A DNA stretch of 64,000 nucleotides from Antedon mediterranea. Its lineage: Eukaryota > Animalia > Echinodermata. Under the pieces are notes generated by a model. It saw only the letters and a program-made list of their open reading frames with translations. It had not been told where the DNA came from and ran no database searches. Made by a program: the position numbers and the translations under genes. Below, one piece after another: positions 37,792 to 49,631 of the stretch (position 1 is the first letter of the stretch; every line of letters begins with the position of its first letter). The stretch is from the NCBI RefSeq assembly GCF_964355755.1, contig NC_092672.1, positions 13,578,001 through 13,642,000 on the forward strand, written 5' to 3'.

Positions 37792-40700
37792 CATTTCTAT
37801 TTTAAAACAAAAGAAAATCATAGTGTAGTCATAAATCAATAATTTGTTTTAAATTGTTAGTTTGTTATCACTGGTTTTTTTTAGGTTGGATATTTCTGTA
37901 TTTATACTCTTTGCTGGAAAAATGTTCTAAAATTGTGTACATTAATTGAATTATACAGGGCTACAATACATTATTATTATTATGTTCATTTTACAACATA
38001 AGAGCAGCCTTTAATGATGGGTTTATAGTTATTTGTTTAATGCTTTCATTGTTATCGGTAGGACTTGAATTCGTTGCTTCGAGTTCCATACTCATCTTAG
38101 CATTGTACAGTATGCCCTTCTTGCATCCTCAAGACATCGCTTTTCCTTGTTTTTTTGTTTCTTTAAAATACGTACCTCTACATCAATGTTGCTCTCAGTA
38201 GCACCTGGTCTCTAAAAAAATATACAAACAAACTGGTCATTTAACATTTTTAGTCCTAAAAATTATGTTCAAACACATCAATTAATGTGATGTATTTTGT
38301 TTGCATCGGTTCTAAAGTTGGAATAAGGTTGAGTATCGTTTTATAGTGTAACAAAGAATAAATACAATTTTTGAAATACTCCATTATGCCATTTGCATTC
38401 AGTTGTATTGTGTTGGATCTAAAACACTTTAGATCCAGAATAAATAAAAAAACGCCAGGATCCTGATTCCGTCGGGATATGACCGGGATACGAGTGGGAT
38501 CCCGTTGGGATATGAGCGGGATCCCGACGGGATACGAGTGGGATCCCAGCAAGCCGCGCCGAATAAAAGTAGGCCTATGAAATCTGAACTATTTTAACTG
38601 TAACAATATGGCCTATATGGCCTTTTCCCCTTGATTAGTATTATTAGGCTTACCACTACTAGTAGGCATAGGTGGCATAGGCCTAGTCGTAGTAATAGGC
38701 CTACTATCCACCACCAACGGAAGAACATCGGAAACTAAATCCGAAAATGTTTGCCCCGACAGAATTGAAATGAATTCTTGTCGATCACAATCGTCTAATA
38801 TTAAAAAATAAAAAACATGGAATAAAAATAGGATAATGATTAAATTTGTTTTAAACTTTCTTTTAAAAATTAAAATATAAATACTAATTAATATAATAAA
38901 TAGTTCTAGACTGCATTGTTGAAATATTATTATGAATGGCATGCCTCTTTTCTCTCCCCTCCCCCCCCCCCCCCCAACACTCTCTTATCTGCTCAGCTGT
39001 CATGTGTCGTGTAGAATTGAGACGTACAACTAGCTATAGCCAACCTACTTCCAATGTTGCCAATAATGCCCTCTTGGCCCCCAAAACCTGGGCATCTTGC
39101 CTTTAATTTGTTACCTACAGTATAGGCTGTTTTTTCGGTTCTATAATAGCCGAAGATTTTAAAATGTTTCCCGTTATCGGAACATCTTTGTGCCATATCA
39201 TTAAAATCAGTTTTGACATTTCGGCGTTTGGTTGAATTTGTGGCAGCAAAAAAACAGTGTCAATCGATTAGGACAGTACTACGAATTGTTACGAGTCTAA
39301 ACAACGGTTATATATTTTTGTTGATTAGTAAAAAAAAAATCAAATCAACTACATTTCTATTTTAAAATAAAAGACAATCATAGTGTAGTCATAAATCAAT
39401 AATTTGTTTTAAATTGTTAGTTTGTTATCACTGGTTTTTAGGTTGGATATTTCTGTATTTATACTCTTTGCTGGAAAAATGTTCTAAAATTGTGTACATT
39501 AATTGAATTATACAGGGCTACAATACATTATTATTATTATGTTCATTTTACAATATAAGAGCAGCCTTTAATGATGGGTTTATAGTTATTTGTTTAATGC
39601 TTTCATTGTTATCGGTAGGACTTGAATTCGTTGCTTCGAGTTCCATACTCATCTTAGCATTGTACAGTATGCCCTTCTTGCATCCTCAAGACATCGCTTT
39701 TCCTTGTTTTTTTGTTTCTTTAAAATACGTACCTCTACATCAATGTTGCTCTCAGTAGCACCTGGTCTTTAAAAAAATATTCAAACAAACTGGTCATTTA
39801 ACATTTTTAGTCCTAAAAATTATGTTCGAACACATCAATTAATGTGATGTATTTTGTTTGCATCGGTTCTAAAGTTGGAATAAGGTTGAGTATCGTTTTA
39901 TAGTGTAACAAAGAATAAATACAATTTTTGAAATACTCCATTATGCCATTTGCATTCAGTTGTATTGTGTTGGATCTAAAACACTTTAGATCCAGAATAG
40001 CTTTATCCAGCTTACATTAAAAAAACGCCAGGATCCTGATTCCGTCGGGATATCACCGGGATACGAGTGGGATCCCGTTGGGATACGAGCGGGATCCCGT
40101 TGGGAGACGAGTGGGATCCCAGCAAGCCGCGCCGAATAAAAGTAGGCCTATATGAAATCTGAACTATTTTAACTGTAACAATATGGCCTATAGCTTACCT
40201 TTTCCCCTTGATTAGTATTATTAGGCTTACCACTACTAGTAGGCATAGGTGGAATAGGCATAGGCCTAGTAGTAGTTTTTTTTTTAGTAATAGGCCTACT
40301 ATCCACCACCAACGGAAGAACCTCGGAAACTAAATCCGAAAATGTTTGCCCCGACAGAATTGAAATGAATTCTTGTCGATCACAATCGTCTAATATTAAA
40401 AAATAAAAAACATGGAATAAAAATAGGATAATGATTAAATTTGTTTTAAACTTTTCTTTTAAAAATTAAAATATAAATACTAATTAATATAATAAATAGT
40501 TCTAGACTGCATTGTTGAAATATTATTATGAATGGCATGCCTCTTTTCTCTCCCCCACCCCCCCCCCCCCCAGACACTCTCTAATCTGCTCAGCTGTCAT
40601 GTGTCGTGTAGAATTGAGACGTACCTACTAGCTATAGCCAACCTACTTCCAATTTTGCCAATAATGCCCTCTTGGCCCCCAAAACCTGGGCATCTTGCCC

Positions 40701-41602
40701 TATACTTTGTTACCTACAGTATAGGCTGTTTTTTCGGTTCTATAATAGCCGAAGATTTTAAAATGTTTCCCGTTATCGGAACATCTTTGTGCCATATCAT
40801 TAAAATCAGTTTTGACATTTCGGCGTTTGGTTGAATTTGTGGCAGCAAAAAAACAGTGTCCATCGATTAGGACAGTACTACGAATTGTTACGAGTCTAAA
40901 CAACGGTTATATATTTTTGTTGATTAGTTTTAAAAAAATCAAATCAACTACATTTCTATTTTAAAATAAAAAAAAAATCATAGTGTAGTCATAAATCAAT
41001 AATTTGTTTTAAATTGTTAGTTTGTTATCACTGGTTTTTAGGTTGAATATTTCTGTATTTATACTCTTTGCTAGAGAAATATTCTAAAATTGTGTAGTTG
41101 TAAATGTGTACATTAATTGAATTATACAGGGCTACAATACATTATTATTATTATGTTCATTTTACAATATAAGAGCAGCCTTTAATGATGGGTTTATAGT
41201 TATTTGTTTAATGATTTCATTGTTATCGGTAGGACTTGAATTCGTTGCTTCCAGTTCCATACTCATCTTAGCATTGTACAGTATGCCCTTCTTGCATCCT
41301 CAAGACATCGCTTTTCCTTGTTTTTTTGTTTCTTTAAAATACGTACCTCTTCATCAATGTTGCTCTCAGTAGCACCTGGTCTTTAAAAAAATATACAAAC
41401 AAACTGGTCATTTAACATTTTTAGTCCTAAAAATTATGTTCGAACACATCAATTAATGTGATGTATTTTGTTTGCATCGGTTCTAAAGTTGGAATATGGT
41501 TGAGTATCGTTTTATAGTGTAACAAAGAATAAATACAATTTTTGAAATACTGCATTATGCCATTTGCATTCAGTTGGATCGTGTTGGATCTAAAACACTT
41601 TA
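37792..41602. repeat. Tandem triplication (units start about 37792, 39352, 40951; third partial) of a chimeric transposon fragment
   Basis: Near-identical units of about 1.56-1.6 kb; the full units contain a GGGATCCC terminus-like block (38450-38560, 40020-40135) and a minus-strand BEN-gene exon-1 homolog (MSKLILMIWHKDVPITGNILKSSAIIEPK). Confidence 0.95.
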
Positions 41603-41673
41603 TAAGATAATATTTGCCTTCGAAAAAATCTTCCGTGATATCCAATTTGACATCTAATATGGCTTTGAGTATA

Positions 41674-42030
41674 CACACTAAAAAAAAAAGGTGCAGATCT
41701 CTACCTAAAAAGGTGCAGATCTCTACCTAAAAAGGTGCAAACAGATGCAACAATAGCAGCTCCTTTTAAGGTGCATAGTTGCACCTTAAGAGGAAGGTGC
41801 AATTTTGAACCCCAATGAAGGGTGCTATAATGCTCCTTTGGAGTTCAAATTTGCACCGTATAAGGTGTAATTTTCTACCTTAAAAGGTGCAAAAAAAATG
41901 CAACAATAGCAGCTCCCTAAAGGAGCAAAATTGAACCTCTAAATAAAGGTGCAACTTTACACCCTCGTAAAAGGTTCTATAATGCTCCTATACAGTTCAA
42001 ATGTACACCTTTTAAGGTTGATTTTGTTAC
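41674..42030 (+). mobile_element. CACTA-type terminus with AAGGTGCA subterminal repeats
   Basis: CACACTAAAAAAAAAAGGTGCA begins where the triplicated sequence family breaks off; repeated aaggtgca / tgcacctt motifs; other end not found. Confidence 0.8.
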
Positions 42031-42723
42031 CTAACCACTAAGCAATACAAAACAAAAATACCAATACTTCCATTATAAGTGTTTATTAAACTTTTTTATT
42101 TTCATAACACAATTTTCACAACTGCAATTATTTTTTATAACACACCTGATAGTATTCTTATTTAATTAGTAAATTATGCATCAGATGACGTTCAGTATTA
42201 AGAAAAGTAATATTTAATGGTGATAATATACAGGCTCGTTGTATGGCGAGAATATTTCATTCGATGAAAAATTGACTGCTCTATTTTTAACGAGGCAAAC
42301 TCATGAAATATTCTCACGATCCAACTCATATAAACATTTATTATTTGTACATCAAATACTTAAGCAGAGTGAATAGCATTCACCAGTCTTTGAACCTTTA
42401 TTGGCGTTTGAGAATCTCTCCCCAAAGCCGCAACATATTGTTGTAAATATGTTAAAGTATTTTTCCCCTCTTTTGGGTATTGCATACCATATATGTAGTA
42501 AGAAGAAAAGACAACAGAAATGCCATTGCTTGGCTGGCATACATTTATTCCTTCTACAAATACGCTGGACTCTTCGGTGTTGAAAATATTATTTAATTTT
42601 AAGGAGGGTGTTGGAGCGGGATCCAGTCAAGTCGCCCCATCGCAAAGTCGCCCCATACAAAGTCGCCCAATACAAAGTCGCCCCATCGCAAAGTCGCCCC
42701 AAAACAAAGTCGCCCAGGCACAG

Positions 42724-45689
42724 TCTAGTATTACTTTTATGTACAATATATGGCTTCTCTTCATTTACACCAAATAAGTTAAACATTTTACGGTTGTTGG
42801 AACCTTGATCGGCAATGACAACTTTTACAGTGAGACCAATTTTCGTAAGTCTCGCAATGCAGTCGTTCACAAGAAGCTGTTGGGTGTTTCCAGATGTAGA
42901 ACTTGATGCCAGAAAGTATCCCAGTGGTTGCTTCCATTTTGATGCCATTCCTCGAACCATGAATACAAGGGCTTGTGTCGCCACCTTTTTGGTTCTACCG
43001 ATGGTGCCATAATCTTCAATGCCTTCCATTACATCCTTATGTGGATTGTATACTAGTCCTCCTTTCAGGCTCATTTCATCTAGGGTCAGAACACATACTC
43101 TTTCTTTTCGATCAAACGAAATTGAACGTTCTTTAAGTGATTCAAATGTCCTCTCATTAAATCCAGGCTGAACGTCTACTCGACCTAACCACTTTCTTAA
43201 CGTGTTCTCGTGCGGCATTACGAATATTCTTCTTAAAAAACGGTATGCTTTCGCACTTTGATAGTGCAAAGCTAATGCAAATAATTTATCTTTCTTTCCG
43301 TAGCGTCTTCCTTTTTTATCCCTTTTCCCGATTTGTAGTTGCAAAGAAAAAAAATCTAATGCTTTCCCACTCATATAATTCTTACATTTACGTAGAATAC
43401 CGTTAATTGGATCACGTGTTACATTGTCTGAAATTTTAGCCTTCATTTTTGACATCTTTGCTTTCATTCTCGACATTCTGACTCTATATTTAATAGCCAC
43501 TCTAGAATTGCTGGATATTTTGTTGGAAATACCCGGACCCGCATATGTACTTTGACATTCTGATTCAAAGCTATTTGCTGCTCCTAAAAAAACAAACCAA
43601 ATGGAAATTGTACTTGTGTATTATATTATTATATATATTATTATATTATTATTATATTACATTTGTGTTCAATATCTAAATTTAAACAATAACAATATTT
43701 TAACTAATTATATTGTGAGCTATTATCTTTATGACACTATAGGCCTAAATAATTTTTCCAAAAATTTATAAATTCTTAATATCAACATAAACATACTGTA
43801 TTGTATACATTGCACTGATTCTGTTTGAGTATTTAAATTTCGTTCGTTTTCAACGTGAGGTTCAGGGTAGGGTGTAAGCTGTACTGTTTCTGTTGTTTTC
43901 TTATGGTGGTACGCATGGTCTAACACAATGGCATCTGTAGAAATGAAATGAAAATCTTTAAAGAAAAAGTAATACAGTAAATTTCAAAATTTAGTTACAT
44001 ACATACTACAATTAAGAGTAAAACATACTTCAAATACTCAATATTATTTAAAAATACCTTGCAAGTCTGTGTGAGTATTTATATATCGTTCGTTTTCTAT
44101 TTCTTGATGTTCAGGGTAGGAAGTAACTGGTAATAGGCCTACTCTGTTTGTACAATAACTATGGTCCTCAATGGTTCTTGTAAAAATATAAGTGTGTGTG
44201 CCTTGAAAAAATAGCAAGGAAAGATTTAAATTTCAAAAGATATCACACATTTCCATAGTTACAATAGTATACAATAAGAATGCACTATTAGGCCTGCAAA
44301 GTGTAAACATTACAACAATAAGCATATACTTACTTTCGGTATCTAAAACTATTGCCTTATCAACCTTTCTATCTGATGTATCAGGTCTGCCAAATGTACG
44401 TGTAGGAAGCTTTCGCTTCAATGAAACGGGTTTTGGTGGATTTGGCACATCAAAAATAGTTGGAATTGCATTCCATACGAGTCTCCCTGTGCATAGTATC
44501 TGGGAATCTTCGAAATGTGTGGAGCAAAGTTTACAATTATTGTACAGATAGGAAGCTGGTTTATTCAACAAATCCTTCCTTCTCATGTATTGGACCCACT
44601 TTGCACACCTGCATAATTAAAAGAAATGTTTTATGAATTCATAATTCTATATGTTGAATATATTCCGATATTAAAATAACTAGTTCTTTACATGTTAATA
44701 TAAAAGCCACTTTGCGTTATAGATGAATGCTTAGGCCTACATAAAATTCATGTTTATTAGGTCAAAGGTCAATAACTTTACTTCCGGTCATTTTCTAACA
44801 AAATGTTGCATTAAATAAATATAAATATGTATGGTCTGAGCAATTTGAGACAATTTTTAAATGTCTATAATCAGCCGTTTTTTGATACAGTGTGGGTCAA
44901 GGTCAAGGGTCAAATAGCGCACAAAAATAGCATTTCCGGTTGCATTTAGTAAAAATGTTCTATTAAAACGAATATAAATATATATATTCCGAGTATTTTG
45001 ATACCAATATCTTGTCAATAGACCAAAGGGTTATGAAGATATGGCCATTGGTCGCCATTTTGAACTTGGGGCTGTTACCATGGTTACGGGATCGTGAAAA
45101 TTTGTTACCTAGCATTTTTGGTATCCTAGCACCATAATAAAGTAAAATCAAGTGAAATCTAACTTTGGGCATTAAAATCCTACGGATTAAAAATTAAAAT
45201 GTAAGATGTGCAGTAACTGGTCAGAAAAGCCAGTCTTCTAGTAGGCATGGCTAACCAAGACTCAAATACTTAGTTAGCCTTTGGTCTAACTACTTTTCAA
45301 AATTAAAATTAATAATTAGTACTATTTTTATTATATGCCTATCATAAGTATTAATAGTGTTGAAACAGTTACGTTTTACGAGTTAAAATTCTAGGCCTAC
45401 ATTTGATAATCTGTGATAGGCCTTTAAAACACATCTCAGCCGGTCCCTTGTCTAGCAACACACCGATCCCCACCCCCGGGGAACGGGATTAGCCCCATAC
45501 TAAGATAAGTTCTTTGGTTTAGGCTACAAAAATAAAATAATTTTCTTAAATCTAATTATCTCTTAATGTAATTATGCTTAATTACCTTTTCTTTTCCTTA
45601 GGAAAACGATAAAATGATAAATGTGGATAATTTTTTGAGTTTTTAGGGCAATTTATAGCGGCACACCATCTAGGATTATGCTTAGTCAT
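42724..45689 (-). pseudogene. THAP-domain P-element (THAP9-like) transposase, 3'-truncated
   Basis: THAP split over exons 45689-45586 (CAAINC...FYRFP) and 44608-44334 (KW...LCSTHF...AIPTIF); core CVLTLDEMSLK...LVFMVRG..KWKQPLGYF...IADQGSNN runs directly into the repeat array. Confidence 0.92.
44700..45245. repeat. Interspersed repeat in THAP intron 1, HINE/Helentron-like
   Basis: ggtcaaaggtcaa, gccattttgaa and ctagt end motifs; resembles 63400-64000 in reverse orientation. Confidence 0.4.
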
Positions 45690-48600
45690 GTTGTTAAGCA
45701 AATAATTAGCGGAAGCGAAAAAGAAAGCGAAAAGTTTTGACTTTCTATCTTGTTGAGGGCGCACTACTCCATTGCTCAGTCAATTACTCTACCCCCCCCC
45801 CCCCTATAGTATTAGCAGACCCCCTATATGATTTTGACTTTCTAATTTGATGCGGGCGCGCTTCTCCATGGCTCACAATGGCGCCACCCATAGCTCTATT
45901 CTATCCCACAATGCCTTTCGAAATTGTTACGCACTTCGGAAGAACAGGAGATTCTTGTGTTATAAGTTCTTTGTGGGGGATGCGTGCCGATCGTGTGACC
46001 TGAGACTACATGGCGGGGCTTCCCCTTTTATGCCTACACGTTCCGTGTTATTTTGTGTATCATTGCGACATTTTACGCACTTGTAAACTATTTTTTAACG
46101 TTTTGGGCGACTTTGCGATAGGGCGACTTTGTGATGGGGCGACTTTGCGATGGGGCGACTTTGCGTTGGGGCGACTTTGCAATGGGGCGACTTTGCGATG
46201 GGGCGACTGTGTCGGGGCGACTTTGCGATGGGGCGACTGTGTAAGGGGCGACTTTGTATGGGGCGACTTTGCGATGGGGCGACTTGACTAGCATCCGTTG
46301 GAGCAACAGGATCCTGTTTAAAAAACCCCATTGGATTAGTGTATGTAAATAGGCCAGTATATGCATAGCTAAAGTCACGAAGAGCTCAGAGATGGGAAGT
46401 GCAACAGATTTATATTTGTGGTTGTGTTGCAGCCATAAAAAATAAAGTGTGCATGATCAATCATTACCGTACACCAAGTGAACAATAACAATGCAACAAT
46501 TTTTCCTTCATTTTAAAGGGTAAAAATGAATACATATATCGGATAATTTTCTGATTTGAATTAATTAAGATAAAGAGGAAATCTGTGAAAATGAAGAAAA
46601 AAAAGCTACCCCAACCAAGATTCGAACTTAGATACACAAACAAAATCGAATTAAACATTTTGTAATTGAAATAGTTGACATGATGCAAGAAACATCAATA
46701 CGATTAACGTCTATTCATAGGGCTTTCAAAATGTTTTCTTTTTGAAGTCATAGTCTATACAATTGTACTTCATATGGGTGCTATGATAATTTTAATAAGG
46801 TTACAGATAATTACCTTATTGATACAGTATAGATGTTTTGGATCCTCCCCAAGCAAAATTGGGAGTAACAGGCAACACACTGTGATAGTTACTTCTAAAA
46901 AATTAAAAGTAATAATTTAGTAATTTGATATTTTTAAGGGTAGGCATGCACCATCAAATTATAGACATATACAAATCTAAATATGGTTAGTTGAATGTTA
47001 TCATGGGCTGTGTTTATACAAAACCCTTCTTACTTTACACGCATATTATATGCATGTTTTCACAGACGAAGGTCAATAGTGGGCCTATGTTTCTTGAAGA
47101 TGTTACCCTGGAGCCCATAAATTGCTTCTGTCATACAGATAAATAAATTTCAATATTTTTATTTTCTCAGTCATCTTTAACTTTTTTTTCTTTATCATAC
47201 ACAATCACTGATATGTTTTTTGTATTGTTCTAAAAGATCTCGACCTTGTTTTGCCTTTTCTCCGAACGTCAAAATCTTTTTTCTTGCAGTATACATTGTG
47301 GCTCTTAGGTTGATGTAGATATTCCTGGCCCCATAGCACCTTTCAATTTCTTTAATAATCTGGATAATGTAAACATGTATTGTACAGATAAAGACGAGAT
47401 GCTAGTATTTAACGGCAATACCCTCTATTTAAAAATATTAAAAAACAATTTATGCAATGAAATTTGTGGCCTATAGATTACTGTCAACTTTCACTGCACA
47501 GTCCCTTCTTTGCCAAAATACAAAAAAAATATGTTTGCTTCTTATGAAACAAGCTGTGGGATGTAATACATTGAAAAAGTTTACACTCAAATTACATTTG
47601 ACATAAACTTATTTATTTATTTATTACCTGACTTTCTATCAAAAGAACAGGGAACTTTTCCACACTGTCTTTTACTGTGTTTTCAGGTAGAAACTTTAAC
47701 CTAAACTGCTTGGTTCTCTCTAGTTTGTCATTCATAACACTTTTGTCGGGATTTCTTTTCCTTGACATATCTGCCAAGTCTGAAATATGTTTTTGAATAC
47801 TTGCTTTTCTGAAATGTCAAATAGGGGTAACTGCTGGAATCAGATTATAAACCAAACCTACTTTTTTTGGATTTATAAATAACAATTTGGAAATTTTTCT
47901 GTGTGCCTAATTTATTGTGGACAGCATAACATAATCTTATGTTATAAACGACATCACGCTTGACATATTATACAATAGGTTGTTCAACATTGTCTTGATG
48001 CATTGCTTTTCTACTGTTGTCCAAAAGTTTTTTTTCTTTTAAGTACTTCTTCATTTTCCAATAGTGGTGCCCGTTCATGCTTGAATTTGTTTTTTAAAGA
48101 CTCTTTCCAGGTATCCTATTTAAGATGAAAGAAATATTGGTTTTTAAATTCATATTGTGGCAGACGTGACATTAATAGACCTTTTGTGAACATGGTATCT
48201 TTATCTTGTTAATAAATTAATTGAAACATTATATTCTTACATCCAGTTGAGTTTCCAGCCTTGTCTTTCAAAATCGGAAACTTTGTCACCAATGCCCTTG
48301 CTACTTCTGTGTATTGTGCTGTAGTTGGATACCTAAAGCAAAAGAGTAAACAACATAAAGTCAGGCTTCAGATTAAAATAAATGTTTTATACTAAGTAAT
48401 TTAGGACATGGTGGTTTGAAAGAAAAATATGGTTGATGAAACATATGCCTGAGTCACCTATAAAAAAAAATGTCATGATTTTTTATAAATATTGACAACC
48501 CATTTTTATTTTGTAGAACTTGAATTTAAGTTATTCCATTAATTTAAGGATTTTATTATTTTATTTTATTTTATTCAAAATAGTTGCAACATCATAAGAA

Positions 48601-49337
48601 AATAGAGGCACATGGTAAGGTGAAGGCCACTTACAGGTAGAGTTGGAAACAAAAGGCACTTCACTTGATGGTTTAGGATCAGTTGAACTACTGTTAGAAA
48701 GTGAAAATAAAAAAGCACTGAAATATTATAAATATATATATAAAATTATTAAGCAAAACATTCAACAGACTACAGTAGACTTTTATAATTCATCTGCACT
48801 GAGCTAAAGTAATAAGAAATTGTACAGAGATGAACATTTTTTACTGTACCTCATAGAACTTAACGGCTGATCATCAGAGAATTGTCCTTTGCTTTCTATT
48901 ACTTGACTTGAAGTTTCGCCATTGTTGGTGGAAGGTTTTCATTTTCAATATCGATCCAGTCTTCCCAACTTTTATCATACATTTGTATTGCTTTGATATG
49001 TTGATTAATGTCGAATAACTGTATTATTTTCTCTTTTAAAATGGGCAAAGTAGCGCTATTCTCAACCTTCAATGGCTTCTTAAATACACCACACGTGATG
49101 TGATACTGGTTCATTCTAAAAAGAATTGGTTAAAAAGACCTGGAATATTTAGTATTTGTGGGCTAGTCTAAAAACCCAAGATAAAATGAGATACTGACAC
49201 TACACGACAATAACATGTAATCTAATTTATGCACAGTAGCTAATTAACTTACTAATGTTATACTAATACTATATAATACGTAAATTAATCCTACTCCTTA
49301 AACTAATCGGGTCGTTAACTCTTCCCTGGTTTAACCA

Positions 49338-49482
49338 CACCATCATCCACCTCACATTCGACAAACAAGATTCATGTCACAACGACCCGATTGTCGTAAA
49401 ACTTTAACACTGGCCTGTTTGGTAAGTCGGCTAGGGCGGCAGCAGCCCGTCTAGCTGTAGAAGCGGTCTTCCACGTCACATC
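49338..49482 (-). repeat. Displaced duplicate of Tx1 ORF1 segment 52250-52385
   Basis: caccatcatccacctcacattcga...ctgtagaagcg is nearly identical at both sites. Confidence 0.9.
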
Positions 49483-49522
49483 AACACTCAACACTTGAAA
49501 TAAACAAGGCCAACAGCCATTA

Positions 49523-49630
49523 AGTCGCGTGGAAGCGACTCTATAGTTCACTATGTCGGTCGGTTGGTCGGTCTGTCTGTCGGTCCGGTATCACTATGCG
49601 TTTTATCGCTTTCTGACCTTATCTTATCTT
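49523..49630 (+). mobile_element. HINE-like fragment with GTCG/GTCT microsatellite
   Basis: gtcgcgtggaagcgactctatagttcactatgtcggtcgg, same family as 27224. Confidence 0.55.
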
Positions 49631-49631
49631 G

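Larger units (their letters stand above)
42618..46296. mobile_element. Foldback-like element with AAGTCGCCCC tandem TIRs and 8-bp TSD GTTGGAGC, carrying a truncated P transposase
   Basis: TSD at 42610-17 and 46297-304; ends GGGATCCAGTCAAGTCGCCCC and (rc) GGATGCTAGTCAAGTCGCCCC; 6 versus about 12 copies of a 16-bp unit. Confidence 0.92.
42358..49114 (-). pseudogene. SAMD3-like accessory gene of a CMC/EnSpm element (spliced, disrupted)
   Basis: Exons IQMYDKSWEDWIDI (49114-48900), YPTTAQYTEVARALVTKFPILKD (about 48330-48241), DTWKESLKNKFKHER (about 48115) and a last exon QDPVAPTPS...VFSSYYIYGMQYPKEGKNTLTYLQ...* split by the 42618-46296 insertion. Confidence 0.8.

Noticed and set aside
42589-45689. 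Domesticated host THAP9 gene
   Set aside because: Truncated before the GTP-binding and C-terminal catalytic regions and bounded by TIRs and a TSD.
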